The notes below the pieces were generated by a model. It saw nothing but the letters and a program-made list of their open reading frames with translations, had not been told where the DNA came from and searched no databases. Source: Podarcis melisellensis (taxonomy: Eukaryota). Taken from it: DNA of 64,000 nucleotides. The DNA lies in NCBI GenBank assembly GCA_964234715.1, contig OZ174280.1. One strand, 5' to 3'. Positions within the stretch are counted from its first letter, which is position 1. Every line of letters starts with the position of its first letter. Position numbers and translations under genes: made by a program. Positions 11,782-24,507 of this stretch are shown piece by piece.

Positions 11782-14677
11782 CCCTAACCACAGCAATTCA
11801 TGTACCAGAGATATGTGGGAAGCGCCCTTTTCATTAGTGCAAGGGCATGAAAATCTATGCAAGATAAACTGATCCAAATTGCCTGTGGAAAGTCAAAACT
11901 TAAGAGATTTTAAACTAAGCAATTTAAGCAATTTTTAAATATAAAAAAAATAATGAACATTCCTTGGAGCTTGCCTGTGAAAAGTTGTTTTCACATATAC
12001 ATGTTCAATATAGATCATGGCGCATATTTTAAAATTCCGGTTGGATAGCACATATGATATGGTGTACATCCTTTGACATTTCTACTTCCTTTTTAGTAGG
12101 TCCTCCCTAGTGCTGAGTTCAGCCAAAAAAAGAAAAAAAAGCAAGTTATATACAGAAAGGTCATAAAAATATCAAGCCATTAATCATTATTTTTTTGCCA
12201 GTTTGCACCCATATACCAAAACACTTTGAAGACTTGAAATCTCATTTTGTTCCAATGTGCCTTGGGTGGCCGGCATGCCCTTCACTGGTACAAGGCATGG
12301 TATAAAACCTAGACAAAATAAGGCATTGCTAGCATGTGCTCAATAGCTTTCCTATGAATAAATTCTGCCTCCATCCCTGCACCCCACCTTGGGTAGCGAC
12401 ATAACACTAGGCCTGCTAATGCCTTGTGCTAAAGGGAGCCCCATGTGCCTTCAATGACAGTAGTTAAAGTGTGCTGCAGGAAAGGGAAAGGTTGCACCTA
12501 ACTAAACTGTCGTGCTGCTGCTATAGGCACAGAAGCCCTGCTCTGGCCAAGAAGCTGGCAACCCTAACATGAACTTACAAAACTAAAAAAAACACCAGTA
12601 GTTTTGCCTGAGTGAAACACTATTCTCTTAAAAAAAGCAGAGGAAGAAGCAGCAATAATAAAAAATTAAGATTCCTGGATTAGAAGTCTGTCCCATCCTG
12701 AGAATGAATGATCAGGTTGCAGCGCTCAGGTCTTTCACTTGAGCTGGCCAAGGTCCAAGATGCAGAGGTAATGTGCACACACATACCAGGGAGTGAGGTG
12801 GGTGGGTGGGTGATGTCTGTGTTTTTAAAAGGCAACAGCTAGTAAAATGTTAAGGAACAGAACTGCCCCTCCATTAAAAAAATGCAAAAAACATTTTACA
12901 TGGTTTTGTTTCTACCACCATTTGTGAGATTGTCAAGTCTTTCTAGACATAATTTTTTAAAAAAACACAATTTCCCCCTAACTTGTAGGGAGCTTAAAAG
13001 AAAATGTCTGACTAACAACCTTAGATTAATCTGAAGACTACTGCAATTTTGTTTACATAAGATTAAGTATTTTGCTTCTATTAAAATATCAAATACCAAC
13101 GATTTCATTCATAAAACCACAAGAAAACAGACTGCAGTTCAGACCTAGTGAATGAAAGAAAACACATTTCAGTTCCTTATCTTGCCCTCAGCTGAGGATC
13201 AAAGAAGGGTGATGGAATCCATATTAATTCATTGTTCCTTTGGTTGGTGGTGATAGAGGCAGCAGAGAAATTCTCAGTTGCTTATGAAGTCTGCATTTCG
13301 TCTTTTTTAAAATGGTTACCCTCTTGAAAAATATATTCCCATTCAATGCAAACATGAGTCCATACAGTCTGTTGGAATTCAGAACAATTGCAGTCCATCA
13401 CTGTAAATGCCAGATGTAAAGATGATTCATTTTACTGTCTGTACTTATAGACATGGTGACCTGGCACAGAAATATGCTGAATACTGGACTATGTCCACAT
13501 CCCACAACAGCTTTTAATTTATTTGCCCTATGCTGCCATATCAGAAGCTCATAGGAGACTGAGCCACAAGCTGAGGAGGGGGTGGGTTGTGGGGAAGAGA
13601 AGAGAGAGACAGAGACAAGCAGGGTCAAGCTGCTAGCTAGGATTACCAGATATTGAGTCTATGATTGTTCAGAACTGGAGTGGTTGGCCTGAAACTATCT
13701 CATTTTGCAAAGACGATTAAAGATGTACACACTTGGAAATGCCAGAAGAGAGACAGAGAAAGACTGATCAGTAGTAGCTGGTTTTCAAAATTTAACCTAC
13801 GTTTTCAGTTTTGTCTCCTGGGTGCCCATGAAAGTGCAGAGAGGCTGTTCTAGAGACACTGTTTGAAAATCTCATTTCAAAAGCATTCGCGCTGCTTTTA
13901 GATCTGGAAGCACCAAGCAAAGATATAAGTAGGGGATGTTTAACCATGCAAGCTCTAATGCTCTTTATTTCCCCTGCAATATCAGTTTAACTTTAAATGA
14001 ACACATGCATATGTGCATGTAATATGCCTCATTTAAACCAAGGCTAAGCTTGTGCACTTTTCATGATTTCTTTTTTAAACACAGGACAGAAAACGTATGT
14101 CTGAGAACATGTACCCCTGAAAAAAAATGATGCAGGCTGTAATGGAAACTGACCTGACCTTGTGTGGCACCATTATGCACTGTAATAGTGCACAAAAATA
14201 CGCCCCAGGCATACCCAGCCATCTAAACCAGTGAGATCAAAAACATCCATGGGTGAACAATATTGTATTGTATCCCTGTAGTGGTTGAAGCACAGAGGTC
14301 TTTTCTGCTAACCTCTAAAAGATGACCCTGACGGTTTCCCTTAGTGACCAGACACTCAAACAAGGCATTGACTGTTTACCACTCAGTTCTGTCTTTTCCT
14401 CACTGATTTCACAGCAACCTGATACAAGACTTTCTATGTCTCGGGCTACACAGAGCTGTGATGTCCTAGCATCACAGGTGATGGGAGGTGCAAAATGAGA
14501 CTTAATTAGTTGGGGCTTTCCTGTCAGGAGAATCCCTGGCGATGGTAACTTCCAAACTAATCTTCAGCAGAAGTTCAATACTAATTAAATAGAAATTTCT
14601 AACATCTCCTTAACAGGGCCCCCTCATCTGAAACAAACAAACAAAAAAATTGCTATATTCACAGTAGGCTTTCAAGT

Positions 14678-15058
14678 TCAGACAGTACAGGACTTGTCAG
14701 TAGACTGTTGAGATGCTGAGGCAACCACAGGGCTTGTGGTGTTTGTTTTGGGGAAAACCGCAGGCTTTGGCCTGGTTGCTGGAGGTTTGACCGGGGCGGC
14801 CATTTTGACGGACTTTGCTGGCCTGAAGGTGCAGGGAATGTCGCTTGCCGTGCTGGCACTCCGCTGGAAAGCTGATTCAGAGTCTTTGAGGATCTGAGTA
14901 TGCAATGGGCTAGAAGGCTCCGAGATGGGGGCCACAACAGGGGAGGTTTTCAACGGCTCCAGGGTGTCCAGGACAACATCTGGCGCGTGCTTCACGCTGC
15001 TTTGCCTTTCCAGCTCCCGCAACTCATTCAGAGCAGAGTTCATAGTAGCTTCAATATC
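14678..15058 (-). CDS. SRGAP2: SRGAP2 terminal coding exon (exon 22 equivalent)
   Basis: cttttgcag|GATATTGAA...TGA; DIEATMNSALNELRELERQ...TDKSCTV*. Confidence 0.97.
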   Translation of the reverse strand, partial: DIEATMNSALNELRELERQSSVKHAPDVVLDTLEPLKTSPVVAPISEPSSPLHTQILKDSESAFQRSASTASDIPCTFRPAKSVKMAAPVKPPATRPKPAVFPKTNTTSPVVASASQQSTDKSCTV

Positions 15059-18000
15059 CTGCAAAAGAGAGACGTTGGAAGCAATTAAAGGAGCTAGAAA
15101 ACAGCTTGACTAATTCTCTGTGGTGTCTCAAAAATATTAAGCAAAAGCAGACAGTGGCAGATGCTGCTCCTGTCGTAAGAGGAATGATATGGCATGGAAA
15201 ATCTCTTCCTAGTGGCATGACCAGTCCCACTATCACCCTTCCCTGCAAGGTAATATGGACAGGGTGGGAAACTATGTGGCCAGAGGACCAGCCTGTTGCT
15301 AACTGTATGAGGCCAGGCATCCAACCAACTAAAAAATTATTGTATTTAGAGTTGAAGACTTTAGCTAGATTATACATGTTTTCATAAAGCTGCATGGGTG
15401 GACTGGAGCTATATCCTCCTTCCTTTCCGATCATCAATTGCCTTCTCTTTGAAACCTTAAGAACTAGAGCTCAGCAAACCAAGAGGCCTCTATGATCTTA
15501 TTCTGAGCTTGGTGCCTTTTATCATTGGTAGGGATGTTGGCTTTATGTGTGGTACTCAAGACAAATTGCTGCGGAATTTCAGTCCAGAGTGCATTCCAGG
15601 TAATAACACTTTTCTTTAAACCTTTTCCCTGGTCGGATGGCTGGTAGGAAATGACTGAAACACTGGTAGATAATAGCTTGGAAAGCAAGGAGATGGATAA
15701 GAGGAACAAGAATGATGCCTGAGAAAACAGACTCCTCAAAAAGAGTAGAAACCCATTTTGCTGCTAACTATGTGGCAAATGAGCAATATGCAACTCTAAA
15801 TCTGGAACGTGACACATATCAGCATTTCCTCACTGAAGCCACTTGCTATTCTAAAGTGTTTTTAAAAGATATATGAAAAATGTTGCTTATATGACACTTC
15901 ATTCTTGCTTCACATGAAAGATGCAGGAAATAATGCAAAGGTCATAATTAGGAACAAGCATCAAGTCCTTTTTTTTAAAAGATCTTGGCTGGATCATGAC
16001 CTAAGTTTGCTTAGAAGTTCAGCTGTAGATGTGGCCTTGACTGGTGCAATATGATTCTTGGAGAGCTCAAATGATTTAGCGTTTCCATGACTCACATCTT
16101 GGCTACAACATTTTCGTTTCCTCATAGGCATTTCAAGGCACACAGGGAGGTAAATCAGTCAAGGAGGAGGACGAACCAAAGACGGTAACCAGATTCCTCC
16201 CATCACAGTCTGAAAAGATCTTAAAGCAAAACACAGATTTCAGAGATACTGGTGTCAAATGCAAGAGGTGTAGCTCACACTGTTTGAAATGACACCTGAG
16301 AGTACATGAAAGGGGAGCTCTAATTTAATGCAGCCCATTTTTCTTTTATTGAGTGTATTTCCCTATGGAAACAATAAATTACATAAGGGCAAAAAGAGGA
16401 GGGTGGATAAAAGCAGAATTTAACTGAAAGGCAAGAGAGGCTGCTATATGTCATTCAAAGCATTGCAAAAAGATATAACCCACATGCAGCCTTCTCATAT
16501 AAACAAAAGGAGGAAATGCACCATGAGGGGAAAGGACAGCTTTTCAGAAGAGGACCACAATATGTATTATAGACAAGGCAGAAACTGTAGAAGCTAGATC
16601 CTGTTCCCAGGGCTGGTTAGTATAGCCAAGATCCAGCCCTAATGGTGACCTCTATTTACAATCCAATCTGTGGTGTCCAAGAATCTGAAATGCCTTATGA
16701 AAAGTTCAGCATCAGCTCCAGCATGAATCATATGCTATTGAAACAGGTGAGATGAGAATGCATGGTGGGCACAGGATTGCAGCCCAAATGGTAAATGACT
16801 TGGTGGTTGGTTCTGCTCATATTGAGTGCCTTACAACAAATAACTGGACAGGAAAAGAAATCTGTCTCATGCCCCACACCCCAATGGGTGGCATGGAACA
16901 ACAGATAAAGACAATGTGTGCCTGCTTATTTCCAAGACCAGATTTCTGGATGCTGTGATAATGGGCTTCAAGGAATTATCTATTAGTATTCGAAGGGACT
17001 TTATTCTCTGATGTTTTAATACAGTTTCTTTCTCTCCCTTAAGAATTAAATGGTTATATAGTTTCCCCCCTTTAAAGTGAGTGGTGTCTGTGTGTATCTA
17101 TCTATATCTCTATACACCTGCCCTAAGGCAGAATAAACAATGAAATAAAAGTAATTGCACACGACCAGGAGGTATAAAAGCCAAACATTCAAACAACAGC
17201 AGCATCTGATAGCCTAGTGAGTTCCTTCACCCTGTTTCAGCCTAACTTCTTTTCTTGGAATGCCTAACTTTGTAATATGAGATTCAAGTGCGTGTGAGCT
17301 TTTGACAGATTCATCACATAGTGAAAAGCAGAAGACCTGGCCAAGCATGTAAGTGCAGTACACCTACAGCTGGAGAGGAAACCAAGAACCAAAACCTTCT
17401 CTGAGCACATAGCATAGCACTGACAGACTTAGATGGATTGCCATTTCTGAAGAGTGGCAGAATACTTCAAGTCTTGAGCAGCTTTAAACAAATGATTTCT
17501 AATATATTCTGCAACTGCAGACACATGATGAGATGGTTTTTTTTGTAGTGAACCAGTTTTGCACTGAAGAGAAACTCCCGCTCGGTTTTTAGAAGGTGAA
17601 AACACATTATGTGGCTATGGAGTAGTTAATTGAGAAAAAAAATTATGCAAGGCTTCCTTAGTGGTCAAAAGGAACACATTTTTGTGGGCTTGTGTTCCAC
17701 TCTGGACCAATGTCGCACTATCAAGCTTCTTTGAAAACAGTGCTCATTTCAAAAATTAGAGGAGGAGGGGAATCACATGATGGCTTTACGCTAACATGGT
17801 CTAAAAGTCTCAGCGCCCACATCCAACCACAGCTGTGTACACACCAGTGAAACCATCCCCTATCACTGCCAACAGAAACAATCACTGCCAACAGAAACAA
17901 CGAGATGTGCTTTGTTTGAAGGTAGCTCCTTATCACTGACTGAAACTGAGAAGAAAGAGCAAAGCTACTACGAAAATTCCATGGAAACAGGATAGATTGT

Positions 18001-19500
18001 TGTGTTCTTTTCATGATCCCTTAACCTCTAAGTGCAGTTAAATAAACTCACAGATCTGGGCTGTGGGTTCAAAACAGAGCGACCAAAAACTCAGTTTTTC
18101 AAAAATCCTGGGCTTTGAGATTCTAACACAGATTCCTGAAAGCATAGAATATTAACACTGCATATAGCTCTGTTTTCACCAAAGCCTTTGCCAACATTTA
18201 TCCCAAATGATTTAGGGGAAACAGAGTTAGATGATGAGGATGATGACAATAAGTGGAAAGAGCATACAGTGAAGAAATAAAATGTGATTTTTAATTCAGA
18301 TAAAAAACAGGACCGGGGAGAGTGGTTATGATGGTGTTATGGCCCTCATTCCCTGACTGTTAGTTTCAGCAAGGTCCAACATTATCAACTGTAGAAACAG
18401 AACAGTAGGAAAAAGGATATATAGTGTTAAAGCAGGTATGTTTCCATGCACTTTTCACCAAGGTGTATCCCTTGGGTGGCAAGAGATTTGAGTGTATTAT
18501 ACAAGATGATAAAACTCAATGGAACAGGTATACACCATATAAAAATGCAGGAGTTCTAGACAGTCTGTGGTCCCTTTCACATTTGTATCTCAAAGTCCTG
18601 GGTGAGCAGAAAAAGACAAAGCTAAATGGCTTTCTGCTTACCTTAGAGGACTTCTGTTTCTCAAAGCACAGGAATCTAGCCAGATCCCTCTGTTCTACAT
18701 TGCCTATGAAAACTGCTTAGGTTTTCTAAAACCATAATCATGGGAGTTGTAGTCCAAAACATCTGGAGGACACCAGATTGGGGAAGACTGTCTAAAACTA
18801 ACAGGAAACATACTCTGCCATTAGTATTTTGCTATGGGTTAAACTAAGAGCACTAAATTCCCATGGCTTTATCCATTTCTACGTTTTAGCAATTTCCTTA
18901 TGGACATGTGAAGAGCAGAAACAATCAGTCTTCTCTCAAAGTTTAAGTGAGTCACATGTGATCAAAATTTGGTCATGTAGCCAAGGTTCTCAATCAAATG
19001 CATCTTAACTGGGATGCTTTGATGCAGGTAGTTTCTAACCCTTATGAATCTTTGAAAATTGGTCTCAAGTTGATTAAACATAGGCGCTGTTCCATGCTTT
19101 TTTGATTGACTAGGCATGCAGCAATCACAAACCGAGCTGATGTTTTAGAACTGAACAGAAATTTAAATGTTCGAATTTTAAAAATTCAGAGGTTACCTCA
19201 GAATTCAAAACTTGACTTGTTTTGATCACCTCTAAGGGGACGCTTCCTGATCTGAAGCAAATACTGAAGCAAAATATAAAATATTGATATCAAATAACAC
19301 ATGTTGCTAAATATACAACATTCACAGAACAGCTGGAACATATTTGAGTATTAGATGAATGTTTTAGTGAATAGTCAACATCAAAATTCACAAAGGAGAT
19401 TTTTTTTAACAGAATGGGTAACATGGGGTGGAGATATTTGTTTACCACTGTATGCAAGTTAAGCCCCATCTTACCTCAACCTGGCCTAGCTTCTTATTAC

Positions 19501-19828
19501 CTGTGCAATGACTTCAGGGTCCATGGGCCGGTGGTTATTAAAGCTCTTTGACCTTCCAGTGGTCACATTTTTCCGGATGTGGGGGCTATCTATCCTGTTC
19601 TTCAGAGAGGCATGTCGGCTGAGTGAATTGAGGCTCCCATGGCCACTGATGGAAGATGCATCTGGTACCTCTTTCGGGAGACTTTGGCTCATAATGGGTT
19701 GTGAGGAGGGACGTGAACTGGCCACAGCTCCTGGTGGGACTGGTTCTCCCAGGGAGCTGGGCAGCCCGTGGCTGTCACTTTGACGGAAAGCTCTTCGTAT
19801 GCTGCCAGACTCTGGTCTCTTTCTTTGC
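19501..19828 (-). CDS. SRGAP2: SRGAP2 exon 21 equivalent, Ser/Pro-rich tail
   Basis: ggtgacag|GCAAAGA...GCACAG|gtaata; QRKRPESGSIRR...SFNNHRPMDPEVIAQ. Confidence 0.96.
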
Positions 19829-19999
19829 CTGTCACCATAAAAGAAGCAGGAGGTGGGGTGGGTGGGGATCAAGTGTTATAGAAGTTGCATTTCAACACAA
19901 GAATCCCAGAAAGGCAATGAAAGGATACTGAAATTGCAAAATAAACATTCTGAACTAAATCACCTTTTCCACTCTGCTTATAATAACAAGCCACCATGA

Positions 20000-20218
20000 A
20001 GGTTAGCGCGTCAGAACAGAAATAGGAAGGACCCAGGTTCTACTCTCCACTTAGCCGCTAACCTCACTGGGTGATTTGAAGCCAGCCAGCTTCCCTCAGC
20101 CCACTTTATAGGGTTATTTACTTTATAGGGTTATTACAGGGGGAAAGCAGGGCAGGAATCAGGCACACTGCTTTGGGTTACTTGAAGGGAAGGTGGGCTA
20201 GAAATGTAAAATATAAAT
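20000..20218 (+). mobile_element. Old tRNA-derived SINE with L2-like tail
   Basis: Degenerate similarity to 57715-57956 (GGTTC B-box, CTGGGTGA, CTCAGCCC, CTTTG..AAGG.GGG tail). Confidence 0.55.
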
Positions 20219-20471
20219 GATTGACTGAAACAAACGGTTTCAACATTATTGGCAGCCAAATGGGAAGTGTTTCAGTACTGCGAAATGTTGGCCTACTGAC
20301 CTGGATGTCAGAGCTGCAACTAGTAGTATACCCCCGGTGCGACAAAACGTTACATAAAACAATACAAATAAGCTAAACTAGTTCAACAGCTCAAAACTAA
20401 ACAAAAGGAAAAAACCAATGCTCAACACATACATTAAAGAGTAGTAATACAAAACCGATATTAACTCTTAC

Positions 20472-20618
20472 TTATTGATATTTGCAAGATAAATGTCTGC
20501 AACATGGCTCCCACTTGGGCAGTTGGAACCAGCTCTGGCAGTCACCTTTTCTTCCGGTGGCTCTGAATTTACTTCTATTTCAGATTTTGGGCTTGATCTT
20601 TCTGATACTCCATCCTCA
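20472..20618 (-). CDS. SRGAP2: SRGAP2 exon 20 equivalent
   Basis: cttctctag|TGAGGATG...ATCAATAA|gtaaga; EDGVSERSSPKSEIEV...VADIYLANIN(K). Confidence 0.96.
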
Positions 20619-20904
20619 CTAGAGAAGAAAAGAGCCACAACCACGTATGTTACATCCTCAAGGTAAGCGACAGTAGAAGTCACAATAGCCGGAACAATTT
20701 TATCATCAGGTTTTTTTAATGCTCTCAAATTACAATATCTCATTTTAATGCTTTGCTTAAAGGCTGGGTGGTGTACTTGGATCCTGAGAGCAGCCATAAT
20801 GCAGCTTGTAAAACTAAGATGCTCTTTTTTTGGGGGGGGGGGCGTGTTGTTGACTATTTTCATATGATCACATGAAGCAGCTGAGCATGTGTATAGGGCA
20901 GCAG

Positions 20905-21411
20905 TGAGGGATCTGGAAACCAACTATGAGGAATAGTTGGAAGACCTGGGCATGCCTAGCCTCAAAAAGATTAAGGGGGGCGGACTTTGGTAATATGGTA
21001 ATATGAGTGAAGACAAAATCCCCCCAATCCCTTTTGTTTTTTAGAAACTTTTTTACTTTTAATATTATGTTGCGCCCCCTTGGCTTAGCACCCTGTGCGA
21101 GGGAACCACCCACACTGCCCTAAATCTGGTGCTGAAAGGAGGCATGATAGGCACCTTGTATTATCTGAAGGGCTGCTATGCAGCAGATGAAGCTGACCTA
21201 TTCACTGCTGCTCCCGAGGGCAGAATTAGAATGCATGGGTGGAAATGATAGGGAAGCAGATTTCGGTGACACTTCCTAACAGCTAGAGCTGTCTGATGGG
21301 AAGTGGTGTGCCCTCCTTCCTTGGAGGTATTTAAACAGAGGCTGGATGCTAATCTGCCAGGAATGTTATGTTTGCAAGATCCTGTATTAAAGCATGGGGG
21401 TTGGACTAGAT
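20905..21411 (+). mobile_element. CR1 LINE 3' fragment, interrupted by a MITE-like insert at ~20975-21135
   Basis: CTATGAGGAA...TATCTGAAGGGCTG...TTGGAGGTATTTAAACAGAGGCTGGAT...GGGTTGGACTAGAT. Confidence 0.8.
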
Positions 21412-21614
21412 CAGCAAGATTTGCAAACTTTTGATGTCAGTGACGCACTTTTTAGACACGCAAAATTTCATGACACAGTAATTCAGTTTGACTAGCAAAC
21501 CGGGGGTTAAACTAACCCTTTTCCAGTCCTGGGAGCAGCACGGGGAGTGTTCACACTACGCACTGCTACCGGTACGCACCTAACACGTTGCGACAAACAG
21601 TTTGGAAAGCTCCG
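21412..21614. mobile_element. hAT-type MITE inserted into a CR1 tail
   Basis: 8-bp TSD GACTAGAT / GGCTAGAT; CR1 tail CCTTCCCAACTCT resumes afterwards. Confidence 0.7.
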
Positions 21615-21758
21615 GGCTAGATCCTTCCCAACTCTTTGTTCCTAATACTTTAAGGTGCAAATAGACATTACTAGACATCCTCTTCCTCAGAAGCAAAATT
21701 AAATCTGAGCCCTGTTTATCCAAGTACCATGCCCCAATGGTCTTAAGAGGTAACATAC

Positions 21759-21939
21759 GTGTCCTGGACAACGATGTATTGATGGGGGATCAGGCCATCA
21801 ATTCCGTTGTGACGGCCCTCCCACCAGTCGTCAGAGGCCCGGTGATAAAGCAGAAGGGAAGCCCCCTTTTTAAAAGAGAGCTCACGGGCTGTTCGGCCGC
21901 TGTAGTCAAATTTGGCTATTGCTTCAATAGGTTCACATT
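21759..21939 (-). CDS. SRGAP2: SRGAP2 exon 19 equivalent, SH3 domain
   Basis: tcctgcag|AATGTGAA...CAGGACAC|gtatgt; [25 protein letters not shown]...DDWWEG...[12 protein letters not shown]. Confidence 0.97.
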
Positions 21940-22504
21940 CTGCAGGAAAAAGAAGCAACATTTAAATGAATTTGCATATCAGTATTTAAACCATTCACCT
22001 TAAAAAGTAAAATAAAAGTGAGGAATTCAAATATCTATATATGTTGTCAGCTGAGATGCTGGAGGTCAAATGCACCTGGCAAATGAGGCTAGGCCATTTA
22101 GAAGCACGTTATACACCCTCCAAAGCTTTAGAGGTCTACTGCTACCAGTGAGATGTTCACGGATGCTTACCTCTATGGTGAACTCAACATAACTGTCCTG
22201 GCAGCTGAGGACAGGTGGGCTGGTCCACAGGATTTCCAGACACACAGTATTTTCTGTACTATGCAAAGAATTGCTCAGATGGGAGTAGTCAGGTCAGAAA
22301 ATGGTAGAGCCTGTTGAGACCTTAATGGCTTCTTAGGATCTGGATCATGCTGGGCCTGAAAGTGGCAGTAGAACAACTTGCCAACTGCTGCACGAGGGGA
22401 AGTTAAATGAGGCAGAAGGGGTTCACAATCCACATGAAGCTAAGGTATGTACAGGCCTTTGGTCTGGCTTGTCGTCAGGGTGGCATGAGATTGTGAGATG
22501 CTTT

Positions 22505-22585
22505 AGTTGAGATTCCTGTTTTGCAGAGGGTTGGACTAGATGGCCCTTGGGGTCCCTTCCAACTCTACAATTCTACAGTTCTATG
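22505..22585 (+). mobile_element. CR1/Squam3-type 3' tail
   Basis: GGGTTGGACTAGATGGCCCTTGGGGTCCCTTCCAACTCTACAATTCTA. Confidence 0.75.
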
Positions 22586-22639
22586 CTTATTGACAAAGTA
22601 AAGGCTCTAAGGGTTTCTTCACCTAGATGTGCATGTAAG

Positions 22640-22642
<3 letters not shown>

Positions 22643-22671
<29 letters not shown>
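22643..22671. repeat. (CA)n microsatellite
   Basis: Read directly. Confidence 0.95.
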
Positions 22672-22675
<4 letters not shown>

Positions 22676-24223
22676 CTTCAGTGGATACCTAAATATATGC
22701 AGTCTAAATAAACGTTGTGAAGAAGATGCTTGGAAACTGTATTGTAATAGGTACACCAGGGACCCAAGAATGCCTGCAGCTCCCTGTAGAGTATACAGTT
22801 AGTGGCAAAAAGCAGGTTTGTTTCTGCACAGTGGAATGGCCTGCTGGACATACTCCTCCACAGGGTGGAAGTTATTCCAAATTATTACGTTCCCAAGCAA
22901 TGAATCCCAATAGGGATCATGAGCAGAGTCTCCCTGCACTGAGGTTGCCCCCCCCCTTTGTAATCCAGTCCATGGTTCTCGTCTACACTCTAATTCTTTG
23001 GGAGGAATTCAGCATCATGCTAAGTGGGTTGTTCCATTTGCACAAGCATTTTGGCTTCCCGAATGAAGTGATCCCACCTCTCCTAACCTTCCTGAGCCAA
23101 TTTCAGGGGAAATAGCGGGTACTCAGGGGGTGGGGAGGAAAGCCCTGTTGCATATGCAGAAGTCCATGTGGAAGGCATCTGCTGACAGGACTCATTAGTT
23201 GAATCCCACCCCCTGTATTCTAGCTCTGCCTCTCTTTCTTGACTGGTTATCCCACTTCTTTCTACCTTACCACCTATGATGACCTCTACAATTGACCTCT
23301 CAGTCTTGAGCCTTGCTCTTTCCTCCCTTCCTAGTCTTGGCAAATTTGCTTGGCTCAGGTGAACACACTCATTCAAAAACACATTTTTATTATTACTGAA
23401 TTCACTCTCCATTTGGATAGCCTTTCTCCTTGGCTGATTTTCATTATGCAATAAGTCACTACCTAAAAGCCCAACAGCGTGAATCAGGCAAAAACTTAAG
23501 TTATGCCTCAGAAAAGTTGCTTGTTCGAAGAGGAAGCCCTTCTTTGGGGAAAGACAATTGTGATCTGGGTAGGCTCTCTCAGGAAGTACAGGGTGAATGT
23601 GTCTGAGACAAAGAGACTTCAGCACCGCTGCCTGACCCATCAGCCTTTGGAGCCCCTCAAACCAAGAAACTGAGCTTACCCCCAAGGCTGCAAAGTACAG
23701 AGACTGGCTGAAGGCCAAGCAAGCACATCTGTAAGACTGAAAATCCAGTAATGGATTTTCCAGAAAGAGAAGAGTTATCTGAACTATGCATTGCAAAGTA
23801 GTTTGTAGACAGAGAGCTCGAGTAATCAGCTCACACTAGTTAACAAGGTTTTACCTGGGTAACAAATCATGGTTGTTTTTAGCTGGGTTGGAGTGTTTTT
23901 TTCAATGAATACTCCTTGAATTGTGTGCTTCCCTGTTTTCCTCTTACTTGTTTAGTTTCTGGCACCAACTAACACATTTCTTTTTTAAAAAAAAAAATGG
24001 GCCTCCATTGTGCGTTTTATTACCAGCTAGGGAATTGTATATTTCAAATAGCAATTGTTTATTATACCAAAATCAGCAGGCCACTTAACTTCCAATATTC
24101 CCTTTTGGAATTTAGCCTTTAGCTTGGCAAAGGATAATGACCTCTAATGCCCAGCAGGCCTGCACTACAGCTGGGGGATAAACATAAACAATAGCTACTG
24201 GTCCTCCTTTCAACTTTGAACCT

Positions 24224-24507
24224 GTTGTTGTTGTTTAGTCATTTAGTTGTGTCCGACTCTTCGTGATCCCATGGACCAGAGCACGCCAGGCACTCCTGTC
24301 TTCCACTGGCTCCTGCAGTTTGGTCAAACTCATGTTATTAGCTTCGAGAACACTGTCCAACCGTCTCGTCCTCTGTCGCCCCCTTCTCCTTGTGCCCTCA
24401 ATCTTTCCCAATACTGTATCAGGGTCTTTTCCAGGGAGTCTTCTCTTCCCATGAGGTGGCCAAAGTATTGGAGGCTCAGCTTCAGGATCTGTCCAAAAAG
24501 CCAGTGA
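24224..24507 (-). mobile_element. 5'-truncated BovB (RTE) LINE with 22-bp TSD
   Basis: ORF remnant GKIEGTRRRGRQRTR..LD...WRALVHGITKSRTQL; (CAA)n tail; TSD at 24202-24223 and 24508-24529. Confidence 0.92.

Larger units (their letters stand above)
8700..14677 (-). other. SRGAP2: Probable long (~6 kb) SRGAP2 3' UTR
   Basis: Directly follows the stop codon, is almost free of recognisable transposons (one small MITE), and is AU-rich at the distal end, where a poly(A) signal lies. Its extent is inferred. Confidence 0.6.

Noticed and set aside
14659-15113. Overlapping ORFs 14659..14937, 14900..15088 and 14925..15113
   Set aside because: Alternate-frame or antisense shadows of the GC-rich terminal exon.
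18636-18680. Cassette exon ending at the strong donor AAG|gtaagc in the last intron
   Set aside because: The nearest acceptor lacks a pyrimidine tract; insufficient support.
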